Shown piece by piece: positions 24,439 to 32,390 of a stretch of DNA of 64,000 bases. Positions within the stretch are counted from its first letter, which is position 1, and each line of letters begins with the position of its first letter. The translations under genes and the position numbers were made by a program. The stretch is from a virus. Taxonomy: Duplodnaviria; Caudoviricetes. The stretch lies in the IMG/VR virus record IMGVR_UViG_3300008262_000055, one strand, 5' to 3'. The notes beneath the pieces were generated by a model, which saw only the letters and a program-made list of their open reading frames with translations, made no database searches and was not told the origin of the DNA.

Positions 24439-25251
24439 ATGAGATTTGATCTTTATCCACAATATGGTGCTCTAAATAGTCCTCCAATCTTTGAAAGTTT
24501 TCGTCTCGGATTATTAAAAGCCAAACAAGAAGTAGGCATCGCTGACGGTCACGGCGATGCAGCAGTAATTTGGAGTGTGCTTTGGAATGGCCGTATGCGG
24601 CCTAATAGAAACATTTGGACTAGATATAGAGATTTAGGTAAACCAGTTATTGTATTAGAAATTGGTAATCTTATTAGAGACCGAACATGGAAGATTGGAA
24701 TCAACGGGATTAATCTTGGATCTTATTTTAATCAGCAAGGCAAAGATGATTCAAGGGCTAAAGAATTAGGATTAAAACTAGACAACTGGACTATGGAAGG
24801 GCATCAGATACTAATCTGCGGACAGCACGAACATAGTCAGCAATGGGAAGGTCAACCTTCTATGGGCATATGGGTAGAGCAGACAGTTAATAATTTAAAA
24901 AGATATACTGATCGACCTATAGTATTTAGACCACACCCTAGATGTTTGGTAAGGACTAGGAATCAAATTAGTATCAGTACTGGTGATTTTACATCGGAGA
25001 TTAAAAAATCCTGGGCAGTAGTTGGATGGAATTCTAATCCAGCCATACAATCTATCATAAAAGGTGTGCCAGCATTTGTTTCTAATAATAGTTTAGCAGC
25101 ACCGGTGGCTAATACAGATTTTAAATTTATTGAATCACCACAACGGCCAGATAGACAACAGTGGTTTAATGATCTATGTTGGACCGAATGGACGCAGCAA
25201 GAAATGGAAATGGGTGTGCCGCAAAAACTTATTGCCAGTTATCTAGGATAA
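24439..25251 (+). CDS. Glycosyltransferase-like, capsule polysaccharide biosynthesis (KpsC/KpsS-like) protein
   Basis: VIVLEIG, ILICGQ, IVFRPHP, VVGWNSNPAIQSIIKGVP. Confidence 0.6.
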   Translation: MRFDLYPQYGALNSPPIFESFRLGLLKAKQEVGIADGHGDAAVIWSVLWNGRMRPNRNIWTRYRDLGKPVIVLEIGNLIRDRTWKIGINGINLGSYFNQQGKDDSRAKELGLKLDNWTMEGHQILICGQHEHSQQWEGQPSMGIWVEQTVNNLKRYTDRPIVFRPHPRCLVRTRNQISISTGDFTSEIKKSWAVVGWNSNPAIQSIIKGVPAFVSNNSLAAPVANTDFKFIESPQRPDRQQWFNDLCWTEWTQQEMEMGVPQKLIASYLG

Positions 25252-25924
25252 CTTGATCTTGTACTTGATCAACTCTTGGATGCCCGTGAAAGGCTAGTAT
25301 ACAACAGTCTGTTGGTATTGGCGGATTTCTAACAGAAATAAATCTAGCACGTTGTCCCATCCCTTGTATTTCGTCCCTGGATCGAATTTCCCATTTGTAA
25401 CTTTGTATCCAAGGATCTGGAAAAAAGGTAATGTTTGATTTATGTAAATGCCATATCCAATCTTGGTCTCCGTGGAATTTTCTCATGATGCCGGGATTTT
25501 TTTCCATGTCTGTCCAAATATCCGAAAAGCATCCTGACTGCCAACGCATTACAGCACTGCCTAGTTTTTGATAATCGGGTCGAAATACTCTTCCTACATC
25601 TCTGAGACCTAGGAATTTTCCAGGTAGATATTCTATTAGCTGTGTAAAGTTTTTTACTATAACAGTATCTAGATCTAAAAAAAGATTAGTGTCGCCAATA
25701 GGAAAATGATCAACTTTGAACACATATGGTTTCCACCACCAACCTGAGATAGTAGAAATGGGCAAGATTCTAGTTTCTATTCTAGTATCTATTCCTTCAA
25801 TATTGTCTGTAAAACAAACGAATCTATGTGGCACATGTAGATGCCTTTGTACCATGTTGTACAGTTTGTTTACATATTCTGGACCATATTTGGTTCCGTG
25901 TTTTAGACAAACGACATTTAACAT
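25229..25924 (-). CDS. Glycosyltransferase (GT-A, GT8-like)
   Basis: VVCLKHGTKYGPEYVNKL, FVCFTD, GWWWKP, FLDLD (DxD), GDQD, AFHGHP. Confidence 0.75.
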   Translation of the reverse strand: MLNVVCLKHGTKYGPEYVNKLYNMVQRHLHVPHRFVCFTDNIEGIDTRIETRILPISTISGWWWKPYVFKVDHFPIGDTNLFLDLDTVIVKNFTQLIEYLPGKFLGLRDVGRVFRPDYQKLGSAVMRWQSGCFSDIWTDMEKNPGIMRKFHGDQDWIWHLHKSNITFFPDPWIQSYKWEIRSRDEIQGMGQRARFISVRNPPIPTDCCILAFHGHPRVDQVQDQVILDNWQ

Positions 25925-26115
25925 TACCAGTGTCTTATCACATTTGCTATAATAAACAGGCAGGTGATAATATGAATTATTACCCAGAACGTTTTAAGAA
26001 ATAATGCTATCCTTGCTTCTTTAACAGTAAGGATAGGAACATCCGGACGATCATCGTCGGTATGTCCCATTAGGTGCCCGGTTGCCCGAGCCCATATTTT
26101 TTCTAGACTGTTCAT
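25924..26115 (-). CDS. Small membrane protein, hypothetical (63 aa)
   Basis: C-terminal hydrophobic helix, operon packing. Confidence 0.6.
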   Translation of the reverse strand: MNSLEKIWARATGHLMGHTDDDRPDVPILTVKEARIALFLKTFWVIIHIITCLFIIANVIRHW

Positions 26116-26660
26116 TCTCTTATAACAGGATTATCGCCTTCGTAGGTAGCCGAGTTACCTGCGTGTTCAAATACTTCTACTGATTTGATACGCACTGATG
26201 GATTCAGTGGATAACGATGATTGCCGTTCTTTAGCAACCAATCCATCTTATCGTAGCACATTTTGGCAAACAGTTCGCAGCCAACACCTTCTACAATACG
26301 TAAGTCGCAAACACCACTGCGTCGGAACGGTTCAGTTTGTACACGTTCTGGATTGCCGTCGTGTTCTGGATTTGAACTCCAACCAGCCATTTCTTTGAAT
26401 CTATCTAGCAATGGGTCGTCTTGTGCAATTACAGTAGTGTGGTCAAACATATGATCTGCCCACGCTTTGAAATCTTTTAGACCACCGAAGTCCATGCCCC
26501 AATTCTTTTCATCTAGCGTGTCGCATTCGAACACAAGTTTGATGCCAATTGAGTAACCGTGTAGCAGTGAGCAATGACTGTGTGTTGCTCTCCACTGTCT
26601 AAAACAGCATGACAGCCCTCTGTCGTTGCCGTATGTTTTTGTTGAAAGATATTTTGCCAT
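26112..26660 (-). CDS. queD: 6-carboxytetrahydropterin synthase / PTPS (QueD-like)
   Basis: HSHCSLLHGYS, DFGGLK, FDHTT, VEVFEH; AGGAG SD. Confidence 0.85.
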   Translation of the reverse strand: MAKYLSTKTYGNDRGLSCCFRQWRATHSHCSLLHGYSIGIKLVFECDTLDEKNWGMDFGGLKDFKAWADHMFDHTTVIAQDDPLLDRFKEMAGWSSNPEHDGNPERVQTEPFRRSGVCDLRIVEGVGCELFAKMCYDKMDWLLKNGNHRYPLNPSVRIKSVEVFEHAGNSATYEGDNPVIRE

Positions 26661-26740
26661 CTCTAGTCTCCTTTTGTATGAGCAAGTTTGACGACATGCA
26701 GAATTTATAAAGCGGGATGAATGGCGTAGAAGGCCGCTAT
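26661..26740 (-). promoter_or_regulatory. Candidate structured 5' leader (riboswitch-like) of queD
   Basis: AGCGG/CCGCU stem with 18-nt loop and UUAUAAA tail; loop CUUCU is complementary to SD AGGAG. Confidence 0.45.
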
Positions 26741-26746
26741 TGACTT

Positions 26747-26775
26747 AGTTTACTATCATTGACGCAATAGGTCAA
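26747..26775 (-). promoter_or_regulatory. sigma70 promoter for queD leader
   Basis: TTGACC-N17-TAAACT; predicted +1 near 26740. Confidence 0.65.
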
Positions 26776-27346
26776 TACTTTTAAAAGAAACATTTTCCAA
26801 ATACCAACTTTCTGGAACAGTCCAATTTTTCTCATTGTAAACTATGAAATACTTATCAGGACAGTAACGAAACACTTTAGAAATCTGATGTATCCAATAT
26901 CTAGGATCTATAGCTCTGTGAGTTTTAGGATTATAATTATCAGTGCCTTTGTAAAGATTGTTTATATTTTTATCGTTACTCCAAAGATCAAACCCTATCA
27001 TAGAAACCGTGTTTGATAATTGTGCTGCTAATAATACCGCATAAGGTCCGCTGCCCCAATGAAAAGGATCGTCTGCTCTTTGATCACCTTTGTAGGGAAG
27101 ATTGGGAACTGTTTTAACACAATTTTGAGTTTTAAATTCTTTGATCCAATCGGGTCTAGTATAGACATACGCTGGACAATTAGTATGTGACAGTGCCTCA
27201 CGAACCATTCTTCGATCAACACAAATGAGATGATCTACTACATAGTCTCTGACTATGGCATTACAACCTATTTTAATATCGCTGGGGATTTTGTTAAGAT
27301 CTATTTTGGAACGACTTTCACCGTTGCCTATTGCTAGAGATAACAT
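26756..27346 (-). CDS. DUF115/MptE-like Rossmann protein (glycosyltransferase-associated)
   Basis: IGNGESR, IGCNA, LICVD, GSG..A, MIGFD. Confidence 0.55.
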   Translation of the reverse strand: MLSLAIGNGESRSKIDLNKIPSDIKIGCNAIVRDYVVDHLICVDRRMVREALSHTNCPAYVYTRPDWIKEFKTQNCVKTVPNLPYKGDQRADDPFHWGSGPYAVLLAAQLSNTVSMIGFDLWSNDKNINNLYKGTDNYNPKTHRAIDPRYWIHQISKVFRYCPDKYFIVYNEKNWTVPESWYLENVSFKSIDLLRQ

Positions 27347-28785
27347 TAACTAATGATACCAAACGGTCTCCAAGTGCCAGGACTTCCAGCACGTACACAA
27401 ACCCAACCCACAGGTGAATTAAGTTTTGGGTCAGTGTTCCAGACTATATCACCAGAAGTATAATTACCAGTTTGTGGTACGTCATCACCATAGGTGTGTA
27501 AATGATTGTTAAATCTTACAGCACCATTTACGTGTAAGTCTACAGCAGGATCTGGACTATTAACTCCTATGGATATTTTACCATGTACATGTACTTGTGT
27601 AGGAGGAGTATTCTTATTACCAAGAGTAATTTGACCGTTGTTATGTATAGTTACTCTTGACGTATTGTCGGTGACCAATGATAGATCGTGGTACCCGTGA
27701 GTACCAAATACTGCTTTACCATCAACAAAGTCGTGCTTGAGTTCTATATTATTACCAAATACTGAAAGTTTACCATTAGCTTCGCCTAGCCCTACAGTTA
27801 ATCTTTCCGCTGATGAGTTTAGAAAAACAAAGTTAGATAGATTGGAATCTCCCATTACGGTAAGATCTTTTAGTATGCCAACTTCTCTTAAACGACTTTT
27901 TGTTATACTAGGACCTAATTCTTTTTCGCTAATCACAACAGTGTTATTGATTAGAAAACTTTTACCCGGTTGAAGATCTATATTTTCTGTTGAAAATATA
28001 CTGTCGTCTCCTTTGAGAACAAACTGTTTAGTTGGACCCATGCCGGTCCAAGCTAGACCCTTGCCAAATATGGGATTGTCTGGTGCGTGTTTAAATTCTA
28101 GGCTAGATGTTCTTTCTAGGCGTAGGTCTGATTTTATTTCAGAAACTTCAATCCTTTTAGCTTTGATAGTGCCAGTGATTTCAGCACTTTCTGCTCGGAT
28201 AGTTTTTTCTACAGTCAGTGTATCTAATACCTTAGCTATAGAAATAGTGTCAACAAATATACCTTCGTCTTTGATTGTAATTTTAATAGAACCGGTACTT
28301 TGATCTCTAATACCTGTGCTGGCAAAATTACGTACAGTGCCGGGACCTAATAGATCCTGCGATATGGCTTGTTTAGGAATACGTTTTAAGAAATCTGCGT
28401 AGTTAACTTCTACGTTAGCACGTAGTACACCTGAAACTGTAAGATCTTTTAGTACAGTTATTTCATTAGCAATTAAACTTTCTTCAACAAATACTCGACC
28501 TTTTAAAGCAGGAATAGTAGCACTAGGTGCTTCTATGGTTCCGTTTTTAACTAATAAAGTGGGTTCAGCAGCTGAATCTTGAATACCTGTACTAGCAAAA
28601 CTTTTAATTTTTCCGCCAGCAATTTGGTCTCCGGATATGCTATTATACGGAATTGCTTTAACAATATCTCCAATTTTATCTGTAACATCTTTGATATCAA
28701 AGGGCGTAGCGGCCTTTGTAGATTCAATGTTTTTCAGCGTTTGCCCTAGAGATTCTAATACTTGATCGATTTGATTTTGTTTCAT
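27346..28785 (-). CDS. Putative tail fibre / virion protein (479 aa)
   Basis: Duplicated F(A)STGI.D motif, fibre-like C-terminus GDIVWN...GWVC...GTW; start 28785 lies 9 nt after TATAAATA. Confidence 0.6.
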   Translation of the reverse strand: MKQNQIDQVLESLGQTLKNIESTKAATPFDIKDVTDKIGDIVKAIPYNSISGDQIAGGKIKSFASTGIQDSAAEPTLLVKNGTIEAPSATIPALKGRVFVEESLIANEITVLKDLTVSGVLRANVEVNYADFLKRIPKQAISQDLLGPGTVRNFASTGIRDQSTGSIKITIKDEGIFVDTISIAKVLDTLTVEKTIRAESAEITGTIKAKRIEVSEIKSDLRLERTSSLEFKHAPDNPIFGKGLAWTGMGPTKQFVLKGDDSIFSTENIDLQPGKSFLINNTVVISEKELGPSITKSRLREVGILKDLTVMGDSNLSNFVFLNSSAERLTVGLGEANGKLSVFGNNIELKHDFVDGKAVFGTHGYHDLSLVTDNTSRVTIHNNGQITLGNKNTPPTQVHVHGKISIGVNSPDPAVDLHVNGAVRFNNHLHTYGDDVPQTGNYTSGDIVWNTDPKLNSPVGWVCVRAGSPGTWRPFGIIS

Positions 28786-28793
28786 GATATCAA

Positions 28794-28822
28794 TATTTAT
28801 ACTGTAGCAGTAACAATAAATA
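28794..28822. promoter_or_regulatory. Divergent T4-type late promoters
   Basis: TATAAATA on minus (28794-28801) and AATAAATA on plus (28815-28822). Confidence 0.7.
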
Positions 28823-28841
28823 CTAAGCAAAGGGATAGATA

Positions 28842-31800
28842 ATGCCGTTAACCAATACTTTTAACCCGTCTACAGCCGTCAATACCGGCACAGACACAAT
28901 TACAATAAATGCTCACGGATACTTAGATCGCCAGGGGGTGCTGTATCATTCTGGTGGCGGCACAGCTATTGGCGGTTTAGTTAATAGCTACAAATATTAC
29001 GTTATCGTTGTAACCCTAGACTCTATTAAACTGGCACTCACAGAAGAAGATGCTATTACCAGTACAGCAGTAGATCTGCTGAGTGTGGGCACAGGTACGA
29101 CGCATTCTTTTGAATCTACTAATATCTATCCTAACAGTGCAGCCTATTACGATTTCTTTAGAAAAGTAAGATTATTAGGTAACGGTACTCCGTCGGGCGG
29201 ATATAAACTTGAAGCAGATTCCGTGCGAGACAGTTTAACTATCGTTGCTGGCGACAACATAGTCTTTGAAAACGCCAGCGAGCAACAAGATACATTTACT
29301 ATTTCTGGTTCTGAATATGATTTTGATATCCCTGTTGGAACTACTGAACTTAGGTTATATGGTAGAGTTGGTCCCGTAATTACTGATGATCAAAGCATTA
29401 GATTTTCTGTAGATCGAGGCATCAACATTACACGTATCAGTGACACAGAATTAAGATTTGAAGGTCTAGGAGTTACTGAAACAGATACACTACATTCTGT
29501 AACTGAACGGGGTGCGTTAACTTCTAACACCATTTACGTTAATAATTTAGAAGTTGGTATTATACAAAGTATTCCAGGTGAAGACGGCGTAACAAATTTT
29601 ACATCTACCGGAACAACCGGAGTCGCTATTAACTTAACAGGCGACGGAACTCTAGACAGTCCGGGAGAAATAGATTTATCATCTACTACTGAAACTAGCA
29701 AAACTGTACAGATTAATTTTACCTTGCCGGTATCAGGAACACTAACATATTCTGCCAGTTATAAAGCTGAATCTGCTTTAACTACTGGCTCTGTTATTTT
29801 ACAAAGAGAAACCCCAGGAAGTCCTGGAACTTGGGTAACTATAGATTCAGCTTCTGGAACTACAGCCAGATACGCTTATACAATACAGAACATTTACGCT
29901 GAGCCAAATGCTACTGGAACAAACTTTAGAATAATAACAACCTGGACAGGATTGACTACAGGATATATAGACTTTCCTATCAATTTACAGTTTGAGATAT
30001 CCCCAATTTATATCAATGAGATGATCCGCACCGATACTGGTGCTGGTGAACTATATCTAGGTCGCATTGACGGTGAAGTCTACCTACGAGGTGACATCAA
30101 TATTAGAGATAGGATCAACACTGACGGATTGTATATCTATCAGAATGTCATTCAAGGAACTAACTCTAATGATGATATTATAATAGATCCGGCAGGTACT
30201 GGCGGTGTTGAGTTAAGAACACAGACTCTTAACACTGATCAAACCACATTTAATTTAATTGACAATATTGCTACGACAGTAAATGTATTTGGATCAGCAA
30301 CTGCTATCAATATGGGTGCTAACACTGGCACTATCACTATAGAAAATCCTACCTTAGTAGGCACAGTAGCAACACAGAATCTTTATGACACTACTGCCAC
30401 TACCGTTAACGCATTTGGGGATGCTACTGTTATCAACATGGGTGACAATTCAGGAACGATCACAGTTCGTAATCCTACATTAGTTGGCGTTGAAACCACA
30501 CAGAATGTTTATAATACAGTAGCCACAACAGTTAATGCATTCGGAGCAGCCGCTACATTAAACATTGGTGAGAACAGCGGAACCGTAACCCTGCGTAATC
30601 CTACATTGGTTGGTACTCAGACAACCCAAAATGTTTACGATACCGTGGCTACAACGGTTAATGCTTTCGGTGCTGCCACTACAATAGATGTGGGTGCCAC
30701 TACTGGTACAATTACTATTAACAATCCTACATTAGTAGGAACACAAACTACACAGAATGTCTATGACACTGTAGCAACTACTGTCAACGCATTCGGTGCT
30801 GCCACTACAATAGACATAGGTGCTGCTACTGGAACGATTACAATCAATAATCCTACACTAGTGGGGACACAGACTACACAAAATGTTTATAATTCGGTAG
30901 CAACTACTGTAAACTTTGCCGGAGCCGCTACACTTGTTGAAATTGGTGCTGCTACAGGAGACACTAATGTTAATAATAATCTTGTTGTTGATTTAGATTT
31001 ACAGGTTAAAGGTGGCGACATTACCACCAACCAAACTACATTTAACTTACTCAATACTACTGCTACAACTATAAATGCGTTTGGTGCGGCTACAACAGCC
31101 AACATAGCTACCGCCGGCACAACAATTGAAATAGGTGCTGCTACTGGAACAACAAATATTAATAATAATCTTGTTGTTGACTTAGATCTTGAAGTTAAAG
31201 GCGGCGATCTAACCACAAATCAAACCTCGTTTAATTTATTAAATGCAACAGCAACCACAGTCAATGCCTTTGGTGCTGCGACTACGATCAGCATAGGGTC
31301 GGCAACTGGCACTACCACAGTAAACAATAGTCTAACAGTAACCGGTGACTTGATAGTAAATGGCACTACAACAACATTAAACACCACAACATTAGATGTT
31401 GAAGATTTAAATATCACTATAGCCAACGGTGCTGTTACAGCCGCTGCTGCCAACGGTGCGGGATTAACAGTTGAAGGACCAACTACGCCGGCAACATTGA
31501 CTTATGCGTCTGCTGATGATAGTTGGAACGTTAACAAACTACTAAAAGGTACATCGTCTAGTTTCACAGGCGATCTACAAGTGGATGGAAATCTTACATT
31601 TGGTAGCGATGATACAGATAGCATTACAGCTAACGCCTTTTTTGTTAACGGTACACAATTAAAATCTGGCAAAGCTAATACTAATACTCTATCGTTGTCT
31701 GCGTATGATGTTGATGGTACAGCTTATACGAATTTAATAACACTCACAGCCAGCAATACTCCTACTCTTGCTTTGACTTCGATTGGCGTAGGTACTATTA

Positions 31801-32390
31801 ATAATATAAACATAGGTACTACTACACGAGCTACTGCTAACTTTACAACATTAGATGCTAATTCAACTGTCGGATTAAGTCCGGCAAATGCTACTGTGAC
31901 TATTAGTCCGACAGGAACAGGTACAGTAACTATCAATCCGGCAACAACTGGCACTATTGATAACACAAGTATTGGTGTTACTACAGCAGCATCCGGCCGC
32001 TTTACTACTTTAACAGCATCAGCGTTAACAACACTGCAACAAACCACCGAAGTTCTAAACACTAAGACCGGAGCCACTGGTACTGTAGTACATGATATCT
32101 CAACTGGTTCTATATGGTATCACTCTAGCTTGTCAGCCAATTTCACCGCTAACTTTACTAATGTTCCTACTACTAATAATAGATCTATCACAGTGGCACT
32201 GATACTAGATCAAGGTGCTACAGCTCGTATACCAAACGCAGTACAAGTTGATGGAGCGGCTCAGACTATTCAATGGTCCGGTGGAGCTCCACCCTCAGGA
32301 ACAAATAATTACACCGATATCGTAAATTTCACGCTGATCAGAGTTTCAAGTGCATGGACGGTATTGGGCAGTTTAAGCACCTATAACTAA
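28842..32390 (+). CDS. Long tail fibre-like protein with Thr-rich 42-aa repeats (1182 aa)
   Basis: N-terminal DTITINAHG..LY..GG domain; NPTLVG repeats; NG(D)L.VNGTTTT.N motif; C-terminal DIVNF.L...W.V.G domain. Confidence 0.7.
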   Translation: MPLTNTFNPSTAVNTGTDTITINAHGYLDRQGVLYHSGGGTAIGGLVNSYKYYVIVVTLDSIKLALTEEDAITSTAVDLLSVGTGTTHSFESTNIYPNSAAYYDFFRKVRLLGNGTPSGGYKLEADSVRDSLTIVAGDNIVFENASEQQDTFTISGSEYDFDIPVGTTELRLYGRVGPVITDDQSIRFSVDRGINITRISDTELRFEGLGVTETDTLHSVTERGALTSNTIYVNNLEVGIIQSIPGEDGVTNFTSTGTTGVAINLTGDGTLDSPGEIDLSSTTETSKTVQINFTLPVSGTLTYSASYKAESALTTGSVILQRETPGSPGTWVTIDSASGTTARYAYTIQNIYAEPNATGTNFRIITTWTGLTTGYIDFPINLQFEISPIYINEMIRTDTGAGELYLGRIDGEVYLRGDINIRDRINTDGLYIYQNVIQGTNSNDDIIIDPAGTGGVELRTQTLNTDQTTFNLIDNIATTVNVFGSATAINMGANTGTITIENPTLVGTVATQNLYDTTATTVNAFGDATVINMGDNSGTITVRNPTLVGVETTQNVYNTVATTVNAFGAAATLNIGENSGTVTLRNPTLVGTQTTQNVYDTVATTVNAFGAATTIDVGATTGTITINNPTLVGTQTTQNVYDTVATTVNAFGAATTIDIGAATGTITINNPTLVGTQTTQNVYNSVATTVNFAGAATLVEIGAATGDTNVNNNLVVDLDLQVKGGDITTNQTTFNLLNTTATTINAFGAATTANIATAGTTIEIGAATGTTNINNNLVVDLDLEVKGGDLTTNQTSFNLLNATATTVNAFGAATTISIGSATGTTTVNNSLTVTGDLIVNGTTTTLNTTTLDVEDLNITIANGAVTAAAANGAGLTVEGPTTPATLTYASADDSWNVNKLLKGTSSSFTGDLQVDGNLTFGSDDTDSITANAFFVNGTQLKSGKANTNTLSLSAYDVDGTAYTNLITLTASNTPTLALTSIGVGTINNINIGTTTRATANFTTLDANSTVGLSPANATVTISPTGTGTVTINPATTGTIDNTSIGVTTAASGRFTTLTASALTTLQQTTEVLNTKTGATGTVVHDISTGSIWYHSSLSANFTANFTNVPTTNNRSITVALILDQGATARIPNAVQVDGAAQTIQWSGGAPPSGTNNYTDIVNFTLIRVSSAWTVLGSLSTYN
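30345..30965 (+). repeat. Five tandem 126-nt (42-aa) coding repeats
   Basis: AATCCTAC (NPT) starts at 30345, 30471, 30597, 30723, 30849. Confidence 0.9.
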
